From Octopus bimaculoides (lineage: Eukaryota): a stretch of 36,890 nt of DNA. Numbering within the stretch: the first letter of the stretch is position 1; each line of letters starts with the position of its first letter. The stretch is from NCBI RefSeq assembly GCF_001194135.2, contig NC_068987.1, positions 83,968,174 to 84,005,063 on the forward strand. Direction: 5' to 3'. The notes below the pieces were generated by a model. The model ran no database searches. It was not told where the DNA came from and worked only from the letters and a program-made list of their open reading frames with translations. A program made the translations under genes and the position numbers. Below, piece after piece: positions 1 through 12,222 of this stretch.

Positions 1-1
1 A

Positions 2-47
<46 letters not shown>

Positions 48-864
48 CATACATATATATATATGAACACCGCCATATGCATATGGTTAATTTTAACCAT
101 ATGTTCTAATTATCGCGGCTGGCGTTTCTTTGTTTCATTCATAAATTCACTTGTTGGCTTTCCTTGGGACAGCACTGCTGCTTTTGCAGTTCTCATACAT
201 AATGTTCAAGAATGCAAAATGCTCCAGCTTTTTAATGAACCCAACGGTAGCTTGTCCCTTTTTCAGAACTCTATACTTACGCTGATATGGAAATAGTTAG
301 AATGATCCGTTTCACTTTTTGTGGTTACATGTTCGTTGTGAAAATCCGTTTTTTTTGCCACATTGTGTAAGTGCTGTACCGATGCCGTGATTCGCATCCA
401 TTCTACGAAGCATACTTGGAGGTGGAGGCGGGAACTCGTTAAAAACTCTTCAGAAAATTAGCCATCGCGGAATGACCACTAGGATGATTATCTAGCCATC
501 AACAACTTTCAAAATAGCTGGAGTTGAGACATAATTCTTTGAACCTGACACCCAGAATATCTTCAGCTGGCGCCGATCCGTCAACACCTGAACTGAAATA
601 TCTGTAGTTGAAAGAAAATTTAAATTTGAAGAAAAGAAAAATTTAAGATGCAATATCAACAACAACAAGCGCGCCTTCAACCATCTATTCCTCTTCCTCG
701 TTATTCCTGCTGCCTATTTTAAGCAACGTTTGGGCTCCTCTGCCATCAACGCCAATACTATGCGTCAACTGCTTAATAAGAATAAAACTGAAATTCTTTG
801 CGACGAGAAACAATCGTCAACGACCACGTGATCGACGAGAATGCACGCACAGACACACACACAC

Positions 865-904
<40 letters not shown>

Positions 905-1414
905 NNNNNNNNNNNNNNNNNNNNNNNNNNNNNNNNNNNNNNNNNNNNNNNNNNNNNNNNNNNNNNNNNNNNNNNNNNNNNNNNNNNNNNNNNNNNNNNN
1001 NNNNNNNNNNNNNNNNNNNNNNNNNNNNNNNNNNNNNNNNNNNNNNNNNNNNNNNNNNNNNNNNNNNNNNNNNNNNNNNNNNNNNNNNNNNNNNNNNNNN
1101 NNNNNNNNNNNNNNNNNNNNNNNNNNNNNNNNNNNNNNNNNNNNNNNNNNNNNNNNNNNNNNNNNNNNNNNNNNNNNNNNNNNNNNNNNNNNNNNNNNNN
1201 NNNNNNNNNNNNNNNNNNNNNNNNNNNNNNNNNNNNNNNNNNNNNNNNNNNNNNNNNNNNNNNNNNNNNNNNNNNNNNNNNNNNNNNNNNNNNNNNNNNN
1301 NNNNNNNNNNNNNNNNNNNNNNNNNNNNNNNNNNNNNNNNNNNNNNNNNNNNNNNNNNNNNNNNNNNNNNNNNNNNNNNNNNNNNNNNNNNNNNNNNNNN
1401 NNNNNNNNNNNNNN
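905..1414. other. Assembly gap (others at 9552-9561, 10680-10736, 16008-16061, 25360-25369, 28086-28256, 29175-29411)
   Basis: N runs; six of seven are flanked by dinucleotide microsatellites. Confidence 0.99.
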
Positions 1415-2732
1415 ATATATATATATATAAATATATACACAAATTCATTTGCAGATATGTTTATCTTCAAATATACAATGAATTTTTTTATATACGTTTC
1501 ATAAAAAACATGACAAAGTGGAAAAGGCGGAATAACGGAGAGAGGGAGAGAGAGATAGAAAGGGAGAGAATGTGGGGGTGGAGAGAGGGAGTGATAGAAA
1601 ATAATCATGGCAGGAAATAGATTAACAGATGCCGGAAGTGGATTAAAATCTAACCGAAATGGAGTCTGAGATTTCATAAGAACGGATGTTGGTGGAACAG
1701 TGAAAGAAAATACAAAGAGATGATATATTTTAATGTTATACTGTTGTTTGGACATTAATGGAGATTGAAGTTTGGCAAGTGAGTTTGTTGATTTTATTGT
1801 AATTAAGTTTTCTCTCAACACTGGATCTATGAAGAAACAGAACCACGCAATGTGTATACGTTCAAGTTTATCCGGTGATAATATGATTATTTCTTTTCAC
1901 CTGAGGTCAATAACATGATGATTTATGGTTTCGCGTGCGAATAACGATACCTCTAGAGAGTCGCTCTACCAGCCAGAACTAGCAGCTAAATATCGTTCGA
2001 TGCAAACACCAGTTTCTTAAAGGGAAGAGAAATACTTTTGGTAATGCCGTACTGTATATATTATGCCTGAAAAAAAAATAATAAAAAGAAAGAAAGAGAT
2101 GGGCTGGTCCCGGTTTGTTTGCTACTGACCATAAGCTTGCTGAGTCATCGTTGGTCTGGGGATCAACTGGCAGTCCTCAGAGAAATACTAGCCATGCGCA
2201 CCATCTACCGAAAATATGAAGAATGTTTTTACTCTTTGATAATTCTTCGTACTGCTGTCAGAAGGCCTGAAACTTTAGGAGAGGGGACTAGTCGATTTCA
2301 TGGACCCTAATGTTTAACTGCTCCTTATTTCAACGATCCCGAAAGGATGAAAGGCAGCAGAATTTGAATTCCGAACATAAAAACAGACGAAATGCCACTG
2401 GGCATGTGAAACACAATAAAATTTGAATCCCTGTAATTCTTCCTCCGCTCAGAGTATCGCATTCGTTCGAAATGTTTAAAGATATCTTTGTTTTATGAAA
2501 CCTAGTAATTTGTTCCAACCCTTTTTAGCATTGACTGGTAGCACCCTTCTACGAGAAACATAGTGTTAAACAGCAACAAGAGTTTACGAAACAAATGAGG
2601 GAGCAGGGATGTGATTGTTCGTGTGTGTATTTAGCTTGTGAAATTCTAAATGTGATTTCGTGTATTAAAAACATCTAGAGTCTATTGAGGGTTGTTATTC
2701 TGATAATCCTTTTCCTTCCCATTTAAAACCAT

Positions 2733-3015
2733 CGAATGTGGAGTCTAAAAACAGAAACAATTCCTATCATAGTAGGCGCATTAGGTATGATAAAACGATA
2801 TTGGGACAAATACATAATAAGAACAGCAGGACTAACAAATATATATAACATACATACAATAGCACTACTTAGCACTGCACATATCCTACGCAAAACACTT
2901 TCAATACAGTAACCATAAGAGCATCACAACAAACCACAGCAGATATCCAAGGCGCACAGAGCTGCGCTCGGTAGGGAAGTGAAAACACATGATAAAACTA
3001 AGACTACTGACTGAT

Positions 3016-3020
<5 letters not shown>
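2733..3020 (+). mobile_element. R4/Dong-clade LINE, 3' end (C-terminus, 3' UTR, TAA tail)
   Basis: 2733-2912 translates RMWSLKTETIPIIVGALGMIKRYWDKY...ALLSTAHILRKTLSIQ*, the typical C-terminus of restriction-like-endonuclease LINEs (W..K..IPIIVGALG...ALL.TA.ILRK). About 108 nt of 3' UTR then runs into (TAA)n. Confidence 0.85.
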
Positions 3021-3086
<66 letters not shown>

Positions 3087-3091
3087 TAATA
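3021..3091 (+). repeat. (TAA)n microsatellite between two Dong fragments
   Basis: About 23 near-perfect TAA units seen directly. Confidence 0.98.
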
Positions 3092-4676
3092 AAACTGAAA
3101 AAATGGGAAAAAGATCGGGCGCGAAAAATTCAAGAAGAAATATGAAATACGGTAGAATGGGTAACAGAGGAGTTTTAACAGAGGATCATGGCAGAATGAC
3201 AGAAGATCAGAAGATTTGTGAACAGAAATAAGCAGTTCGAAGAGACCAGATTGTTGCAAAATAACCCGAAGCATTTCTTCCGAACGTTAGAAGGAGACAA
3301 TGGGGAAAATGTTGCTCCTGATGCAAATCAAGCGAAGGAGTTCTGGAGCGGATTATGGGGAGATAATTTGGTGCATAAAAGAGATGCAATATGGAGAGGA
3401 CCTATCGAGACAGAATTAAAAGGGGGAAAGAAACAAAGGAATATTGTCATAAGCACGGGTGACGTGAAAGAGCAAGTTGGTAAAGGGCCTAACTGGAAAG
3501 CCCCCGGACCAGATAGGATTCATGGCTTCTGGCTGAAGAGATGCCACGCGGTGCATGAAAGACTGGCAGCCCAACTGAATTAGTGTGTTCAGAAAGGTAC
3601 AGTCCCGACGTGGATGGTGACTGGGAGAACAACACTTGTAATTTAAGATAGAAGAAAAGGAACTATTGTGGGGAAACTACCGTCCCATAGCATGCCTAAA
3701 CATAATCTGCAAGATACTCACTGGAATATGTGCGACAAAGTCATACTTTCCTGGCACAGGAAGAAGTACTACCAAGGGAACAAAAAGGATGTAGGAAGAG
3801 TTCTCAGGGTACCAAGGATCACCTGATCATCGATAAAACAGTATTGAGACACCGTAAAAAACATCATACAAACATGTCTCTGGCTTGGATTGACTTTAAG
3901 AAGGTATATGATATGGTGCCTCATTCTTGGATCGTTGAATGCCTGCAGATGTTTGTTGTTGCTGGCATCATCACAAATTTTCTGATGCATAGCATGAAAG
4001 AGTGGAAAGCCAAATTGTACTCAAGTAAGGTATTCCTTGGAGAAGTTAATATTAAAAGGGGATTCTGCCAAGGTCACTCGTTTTCTCCGTTACCTTTTGT
4101 AGTTGCATTAATACCCATAACAATGACACTTAGGAAAGTTAAGATGGGTTACCGATGTGGGAAGAAAGGCCCATCATTGAACTGTCTTCTGTTTATGGAT
4201 GACCTGAAATTATGTGGGAAATCTGTAAAAAGATAGATTCCTTAACCGAAACAGTCGAGAAGTGTGGTAGGGACATCGGTATGGAATTTGGGATTACCAA
4301 ATGCTCAGTACTTAATATGAAAATAGGGAAGAAAGCAGCCTGCAGAGGATAGCGGTTACTATCGGGAGAGACAATGGGTGAACCCGACGGTAGTGGGTAT
4401 AGATATTGAGGGATTTTGGAGCTGGATGACATTCTACACAGAGAAATGAAAGCCAAGGTCAGCGAGGCATATCGAAATAGGGTGAAGATGGTGTTGAAAT
4501 TCAACCTGAATACCAAAAGTTTGATTACCGCAATGAATATCTGGGCAGTTGCGGTGGTCAGATATAACGTGTCCATCCTGTAATGGACTAAGGAGAAAAT
4601 ATCAACACTGAATAGAAGGACGAGAAAGTTGATGAAACTGCATGGGGCGCTGCACCGTAAAGCAAACAGTGCAGTA
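3092..4676 (+). mobile_element. R4/Dong-clade LINE reverse transcriptase region, 5'-truncated and degenerate
   Basis: Frameshifted or stopped ORFs carry WKAPGPDRIHGFWLK, EQKGCRK, DHLIIDK, AWIDFKKVYDMVPHSWI, KRGFCQGHSFSP, LFMDDLKL, DIGMEFG..KC, GILELD and WTKE...RRTRKL..LHGALH. These are R2/R4-group RT domains. No endonuclease or 3' end follows. Confidence 0.92.
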
Positions 4677-7592
4677 TTCAGTAAGGATATCGGAATGGAA
4701 TTTGGGACTAAAAAGTGTATATACATATAGAACTCTTGATCACAGTTCTCAGAAAGATCTGATCTGAAACTTTACAATAATAACGACAATACGAACAACA
4801 AAGTCGTAGTAATATACTTTTGTTATAATCTATGCCAACTTCTCTATCTATCAAATCATTGATTTGGTATTTCCGAGACTCTGAGTTAGAACACTCCATA
4901 TAATATATTGTAATATTTAGTTTCTCCTTATCACATGATCTCACTGAGGCCAATCGTTAAAATTATAAAAATTGCATCAACTATCCTTGTCGATCACATT
5001 TTCGTGATGTTGTTTCCAACAAAAGTATACTATTAAATATGTAGGAAGGACAGAAAGTGATGGAATAAATCTATTAAAATATTTGGTTTAAGATATCTGC
5101 AAGGTCAGCTTTGATTCTATTCCAGCAGACTTTACTTCCGCTGGTTTTGCGACCGATAAAAAAAAAAAAATTGGCATGAACTGGTTCAGATTTAAGTGAC
5201 AATACACATTCCACATCAATGGTAATTACTTACCGACATTAGATAGCGTTATTTCCATTTATTTTTAGGACAGGTAACTCAGAGTGTCGGAAAAATTCTT
5301 TGCGGTGTTTGTTTCGGTTCTTTATTCAACGAGAATAATTTTGACTTCCATCACTTCGAGTGTCGACTGAGAGAGACTTTTATTTCTGGGTTAAAATTCC
5401 ACTGATGTCAATTATCTCAATCGTCTTTTTGCAGTCGATTAAATAACAGCGTTTAAAAATTGGGGTCGAATATATGTAACTCTATCCCTCTCTCATGCAC
5501 CGATGCTAGGAAGTATAATTTTCGTAGCATTTTGTGATGCTTTGAATCTCAGCTTCAATTTGTAACCCCATGAAGTCTCGGAATCCCAACATTGTTTGGG
5601 TTTCATCTTGACGTTGAAATCGTTCCAAGTCATGAATAGAACTGAGGAACTTAGAAAAACATGAACTTGACCATTCCTATTTTCCTTCGACCAAAGAGTT
5701 AGGAATTTGCTTGTTTTTTTTTTGTTTTGTTTTTTTTGCTATGGTCCCGTAAAAGTGTTTATACACTTTCCCTCTCAAGCCATCGGAGACCGATGAAACT
5801 GGGGTAGGTGATGCCCTCAAACTTTCATAATCGATTTTTGAATTTTATTGCTCGGGCCATAGGACGCATAAGACTGGTTTCCACGATTCCATGGTATATA
5901 GTGACCGTGATCAAAACTTTTCTCCAAACGAGACGTTGCTCCGTTGCAGGGTTCAAGGCCACCACTGTCGACGGATTGGAATAACTCAAACTTGATCGAC
6001 ACTAATACTTGACTGGTGCATTATTCTATTCACCCTGAAGGGATGAAGGACTATGTTGATCCCAGCGAAAGTTGAAATTAGGGTGTAAATAACCAGAATT
6101 AATGTTACTAAACATTTTGTTCAATATTCTAACAATTCTACCAGCTCACTACCTTAGTGAAAGTTGACAGCAGCATGAAAGTTATAACCAGAATGGAATT
6201 CCATTTATGGAAAAAAATGATTAGGCAGAATAATTGGAGGGGGTGTTTCAGGATGTGGGGGATACCCAATATGAGTGACAGGAGGAGGGGATACAAGTGA
6301 GTTATGAAAAGGGAAATAATGTAATAGAGACGACTGTATTTACTTTTATCGATCGGTTTTTGGGCTTCAAATCTTGTGACCAGACAGAAGCTTCCGTATT
6401 GAATCGGGTTGGGTACACAACAGATGAAAAACTGTTTTCTCTACACGAGTTGATCACTTTCATTTCAAACAAATGTTAATGAGGAAGAACTGTTAGTTAG
6501 GTGAAGGCGCGTGATCTTGGAATTTGGGTGTTGCATTCACAAACGCAAAATCATGGTTTCAATTCTTGGACCGGGCAGTGTACTGCGTTCACGAAGAAAA
6601 TCACTTTATTTCGTGTCACTCCACTACACTCACATTTAAATGAATAAACCTTCGACGACTGGTGCCCTGTTCAGCCGGGTAACCGGCCTCGCGAGTCCAA
6701 GGACTCGAGAATCGTGTAATGACCAAGAATTGACGAGGCTCATTAAAGGATGAAAGTTAGAGCATTTCCCCTGAAATATCATATCACGTCTCTATTGAAG
6801 CAAAAAAAAAAAAAATATATCTCATTGGTTTTGTTTCATAGTAACATAGTTCGCCCTTACTTGAATAACAGTGTATTATCTCATGAATTGTAATGCTTTC
6901 TGTTTCATTGTCGTGACTAAAGACGCCGAACAATATATATATTTGCTGGGTGGTATTTCGTGACGATCATCAATTCACTGTTTAAATTCCACCAGGGTCA
7001 GCTTTACCGTTTTCTCCTAATGGAGTCGATAAAATAAGCACCATTCGAGAAGTGAGCTCAATTTAATCAACTGAACCGCTTCAGTATTTGATTTTGTGGC
7101 CTACTGCCAAGCTGAGAGATCATTATTATTATTTTAAATGTTGCTTTGGACATTGCTGCTGGCATTTATTTCTGTACTATTAGTTTTAATGATATTCTAC
7201 AGATGGCTGTAAATTTCTTATAATCAAATGTACGTTTTCGAGCCTTAGTCGTCTCTGAAGCATTTTTTTTTAATTCTTGAGATTACGACTACTTTAGAAA
7301 TGTGTTCTTTATTAGCAACAGAATGTAATCTGTGTTTGATTAGATTCCATTGAAAATGATTTATATTTCTTATCTTTCTACAAGAGTGCCAAAATAAAAA
7401 TAGCTAAATCTCTCTGATATTAAAATTGACCTAAATTTTCCCCTTATCTCTCCGCCTCCTTTTTCCTTCCCGGTTAAATTTCGTTTAATTTATCCGGAGA
7501 GTTTTTTTTCTTTCAAACTCTGAGGAGAAAGAAGAATATGCTTTGATATTGTCAGCTGAATATGATATTTTATCGAATCCTATTGTTCTGTG

Positions 7593-7596
<4 letters not shown>

Positions 7597-7653
<57 letters not shown>

Positions 7654-7707
7654 GTTATTATTGGTGTTGTTCTTGTTGTTTTTGTTGTTGTTGTTGTTTT
7701 TGTTGTT
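7597..7707 (+). repeat. (TTA)n followed by imperfect (TTG)n
   Basis: Seen directly; explains ORFs 7543-7783. Confidence 0.97.
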
Positions 7708-7709
7708 AA

Positions 7710-7920
7710 GGCGGCGAACTCGCAGAATAGTTATCACGCCAGGCAACGTACTTAGGGGCTTTTCGTTCATCTTTTCCATCTGAGTTCAAACTTCGCCGAG
7801 GTTGATTCCACCTTTTATCTTTTGGAGTCGATAAAATAAGTACCAGTTGAGCACTGGGAGTCGATGTAATCGACTAATCCCTTTCCCCGAAATTACTGGC
7901 CTTGTACCAAAATTTGAAAT
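7710..7920 (+). mobile_element. tRNA-derived SINE family M (tail B), diverged
   Basis: GGCGGCGA head, GAGTTCAAA B-box-like motif, central GTCGATAAAATAAGTACCAG, tail GGCCTTGTACC; homologous to many copies in the window. Confidence 0.85.
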
Positions 7921-7947
7921 CTTCTTCATCATTGGTATTAATAATAA

Positions 7948-8358
7948 GGCAACGAGCTGGCAGAAACGTTAGCACACCGGGCGAAATGCTTAGCGGTATT
8001 TCGTCTGTTTTTACGTTCTGAGTTCAAATTCTGCCGAGATCGTCTTTGCCGTTCATCGTTTCGGGGTCGATAAATTAAGTACCAGTTATGCACTGAAGTC
8101 GATCTAATCGACTTAGTCCCTTTGTCTGTCCTTGTTTGTCCGCTCTACGTTTAGCCCCTTGTGGGCAATAAAGAAATAAGAAACGTTATCATGCCGGGCG
8201 AAATGCTTAGCGGTATTTCGTCTGTCTTTACCTTCTGAGTTCAAATTCCGCTGAGATCGACTTTGCCTTTCATCCTTTCGGGGTTACGCTCTGGGGTCGA
8301 TGTAATCGGTTAGTCTACTTTCCTAAGATTCCAGGCCTTGTGCGTATAGAAGAAAGAT
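7948..8358 (+). mobile_element. SINE family M dimer (tail-A unit 7948-8180 joined to headless tail-B unit 8181-8358)
   Basis: First unit ends ...GGGCAATAAAGAAATAAG; second unit starts AAACGTTATCATGCCGGGCG, about 16 nt into the head. Confidence 0.9.
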
Positions 8359-9353
8359 CTATTATTTTTATCATGGTCACTATTTTATAGTTTTCCCGTT
8401 TTTAATTCAACTAAAATATTCCTGTATACACAAGAAAAATAAGTTAGACTATCTAAATGCGATGGTTGGGGATTTTAAAGATTTTAAGGATGGGGAGAAT
8501 TAAAAACTTCAAATTATGAATGTTCTGCTGACGTATATTAATTGCATCTTTAAGTAGCCAAGTCGTTAAAAATTCGAATAGCATACCTTGTGTTATTTGT
8601 TCAAGTTCACTGTCTTCTGACGTTTGAGCTACCCAAGGTCAAATTTTTTTGGGTTTTCCATTCGGGATTAATAAATAATCTGTGAGTCCAGGAGCTGGCT
8701 CGAACGAGTTGTTAGAGTGTCTTGTAGTGTCTGTACAAAATCCCTGTTTCTTACTGCAACGTCTGTGACGCCAGAGCAACAAATTATATCCATCTCTACT
8801 TTTCCCTTGAAAGCATCAATGGTATATGACAGAAAAACTTGCACACACGGCAAAATGCTGTCTTCCATTAAAACTTTTTCCCAGGAGCAGAAACAAGATA
8901 CACGTGACATACGGTTGTACCGGATTTGAACAGTGAGCATAATTCTATGAATTTTGAACATATCCTTTGGGCATATTATTTACAATAGAATTAGGAATAA
9001 TTCAGTGAAAGGCTTTACCTCCCATCATGGAAATGAACTTACATATTTATGAAATTACGGAGGCTGTTTATGCTCAAAAATTAAAGCTCGAAATGTATAG
9101 AGTAACAGAAGCAAAGTTTATTTTGCTAACTTTATTTTCCACTTGATATCACTAGTTCCCTTACAAACAAATTCCCCTAAAGCTGAGGTGGGTTTTAGAT
9201 AGATAAATATGATTATATTTTTGTGTTTATTAAATACACTTCAAAGTGTAAATGACTTAATTAAATAGTAAGTAGTTAAATACCAACAAAATGCATTAAG
9301 CAGTATTTCTCAACAGAAATATCTAAAAGATTTTACATAATATAATTGTCATT

Positions 9354-9516
9354 AGGCGTGGACGTGACTGTGTAGTAGGAAGCTTGCTTCCCAACCACAT
9401 CGTTCAGGGCCTCCATCTCACGGTATTACACCTTCGACAAGTGTTTTCTCGAATAGCATCGGGCCGACGAAAGCCTACTGAGTGCATCTGGTCAACGGAA
9501 ACTGAAAGAAGCCTGT

Positions 9517-9520
<4 letters not shown>
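9354..9520 (+). mobile_element. tRNA-derived SINE family C (CORE-like), head and tail followed by (TA)n
   Basis: Homologous to 10476-10640 and 21851-22004; ends GGAAACTGAAAGAAGCC then (TA)n. Confidence 0.85.
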
Positions 9521-9551
<31 letters not shown>

Positions 9552-9561
9552 NNNNNNNNNN

Positions 9562-9614
<53 letters not shown>

Positions 9615-9685
9615 CTTAGTTATAAGATTATCAATCAGGAGAAGAGCATGTCCTATAAAATATTGATCAGTTGTTTATTTTTGTA

Positions 9686-10473
9686 TGTGTAAAGTAACAG
9701 TTTAGGGGAAAAAAAGTATTGGTTTCATATGTAGCGTGAACTGAACATATCTTCAGTTTTTCTCAACGATAACTGTTCTCTGCAAAGAATGTTTTTTTTT
9801 ATCAACCTGGTACCTATTTTATTGCTCCCTTTAACCGAACATACATACATACATACATACATACATACATACATACATTGTTGTTGTTGGCACTCCGTCG
9901 CTTACGACGTCGAGGGTTCCAGTTGATCCGACCAACGGAACAGCCTGCTCGTGAAATTAACGTGCAAGTGGCTGAGCACACTACAGACACGTGTACCCTT
10001 AACGTAGTTCTCGGGGATATTCAGCGTGACACAGTGTGACAAGGCTGACCCTTTGAATTACAGTTACAACAGAAACAGGAAGAAAGAGTGAGAGAAAGTT
10101 GTGGTGAAATAGTACAACAGGGTTCGCCACCATCCTCTGTCGGAGACTCGTGGAGCTTTAGGTGTTTTCACTCAATAAACACTCACAACACCCGGTCTGG
10201 GAATCGAAACTGCGATCCTATGACCGCGAGTCCACTGCCCTAACCACTGGGCCATTGCGCCTCCTACATACATACATACATACATACATACATACATACA
10301 TACATACATACATACATGCAGAGATGATGAGCTGTACTCTGAGATGAATCTGTTCTACCAGAGGAAAAAAAATTCTTTGCAGAGAACAGTTATCATGTGG
10401 AGAAACTGAAGTGATGTCTAGTTTACGCTATATATGAAACCGATGCTTTTTTTCTAAACTGTTACTTTACACA
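9686..10473. mobile_element. Foldback/MITE with about 110-bp inverted arms and TA flanks (Tc1/mariner-type), interrupted by a SINE
   Basis: 9686-9800 is the reverse complement of 10365-10473. The terminal 20 bp are perfect (TGTGTAAAGTAACAGTTTAG) and there is an internal 23-bp perfect block. TA at 9684-9685 and 10474-10475. Confidence 0.8.
9878..10264 (-). mobile_element. Full-length tRNA-derived SINE family R with (CAA)n tail
   Basis: Minus strand starts GGAGGCGCAATGGCCCAGTGGTTAGGGC (A box) ... GTTTCGATTCCC (B box) and ends GGAGTGCCAACAACAACAA; (ACAT)n on both sides. Confidence 0.92.
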
Positions 10474-10475
10474 TA

Positions 10476-10640
10476 GGTGCAGGAGTGGCTGTGTGGTAAG
10501 TAGCTTGCTTACCAACCAAATGTCTCCGGGTTCAGTCCCACTCCGTGGCTCCTTGGGGAAGTGTTTTCTACTATAGCCTCGGGCCGACCAAAGCCTTGTG
10601 AGTGGATTTGGTAGACGGAAATTGAAAGATGCTCGTCGTA
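10476..10640 (+). mobile_element. SINE family C (CORE-like)
   Basis: A box TGGCTGTGTGG, B box GGTTCAGTCCC, CCTTGGGGAAGTG core-like segment, then microsatellite and gap. Confidence 0.9.
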
Positions 10641-10646
10641 TATATA

Positions 10647-10679
<33 letters not shown>

Positions 10680-11989
10680 NNNNNNNNNNNNNNNNNNNNN
10701 NNNNNNNNNNNNNNNNNNNNNNNNNNNNNNNNNNNNATATATATATATATATAAATATATATATTTATATTGTCATTTGGGTTATATGTTTAGTCCCTAA
10801 TGAAGATTGTTCTCATAGTACTTTCAGAACCTCCGAAACTACTTGGTGTGATGGGGACGGGAATACTCCAACCGGGGACTTGAGATCCGAATACTTACAA
10901 TGTATATGTGATGATAGGAAAGTTACATTTTTATCAGTGAATATATCCAAGGGCCTGGAGTTGGCGTGAAACCGGGTGATGTTTTAATTCACCGCCAAAG
11001 TATGGCAATCAGAACACAAAGAATAGGGAAAAATGAAGCAGGATATCTCCTGTCGTTTGACACTGTTATAATTGCATCTGTCAAGGGCACTTGTGGGACT
11101 TGTGGGACTTGTGAGATATTACGGACCCTTATAGAACGAAATCGAAAATTAATCACAGCCGGATTTGAACTCAGACTGTAGGGAATGTAGGAATAGATAA
11201 GGTAAGAAATTTTGTTCGACACTAATGCTTCTTTCTGCTAATTTCCACCCTATCATTTTCTCTCTTTGTCACTCTAGAACAAATGAGAATTGTTCGAAAA
11301 GTTTGCTTTCTTCGCGCATCTCATAAACTGAATTTGAGAAATTCTTTGGCAAAATCGCTCATGGGTTAATGATAGATAACGCACGCGCACACATACACTC
11401 ACAAGCACACCCACGCACATACTCACACTCACACATAACCGGATGCCTTGGATTTCAGATTTAACTCCATATGAATACACCAAGGATACAAATATACTCC
11501 AGCGTCATATCATGTTTGTGAAAACAGTCTCAGAAAATTTACATTCCTAAGAGCTAGCAAAATTTAACTTTCTAGACGCAAGCGAAATCATTTAACTTAC
11601 GACGAATTGCTTCAAGATGAATAATGGGAGAATTAGATTATCCCACGAATTTTCTGACAACTGTATTGTTTAGCCATTGTATAAAAGGAACCTAACAGTC
11701 TTCTGTCCAGAACATTATGATTTCTGCTTCCTAAAGCAAATTATAGCAACTTTATGGTAAATATTATTAAAAGTGAAAGTAGTGTCAAGCGCATTCGATT
11801 AATCTGTACCTGATTTGTTTATCAAATTAAATGCTGAATTCTCTTTATGAATCTTGTGCTAAGTGGTAAAACCACGAAGTGGGTTACCAATTCAAGAAGT
11901 CAGATTGATATTTAGAGAAACTGGTGATAAATTCCTAAATGTCTCGTTAAATTAATACGCATTATGCATACACGTGCTTGCACCTGTAA

Positions 11990-12010
11990 AAAAACATCAC
12001 GCTCAATTAT

Positions 12011-12081
<71 letters not shown>

Positions 12082-12186
12082 AACAATCACACATATACTC
12101 ATTCACTCATACACATAAAGCCATACAGAAACAGAATCACATTTATATGTACATATAGTATTTTGTGTATGCATGCGAATAAATGA

Positions 12187-12222
<36 letters not shown>

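Noticed and set aside
110-700. Possible hAT transposase remnant on the minus strand (KGQATVGFIKKLEHFAFL...)
   Set aside because: Resemblance is limited to one short stretch, with many stops and no TIR or TSD found.
765-1821. Long ORFs of 200-330 aa, and similar ones at 11900-13070, 15800-16300 and 27660-29530
   Set aside because: They are read-through of N-gaps and dinucleotide repeats (YI, HT, CV, X runs).
5500-5650. Minus-strand frames with CUB-like QCW......GYKLKLRF or DLERFQRQDETQ behind a possible acceptor
   Set aside because: Motif spacing is off, there is no downstream CUB consensus and no good donor; two open frames suggest chance.
11087-11115. Three copies of a 9-bp unit (ACTTGTGGG-like)
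   Set aside because: An ordinary slippage repeat.
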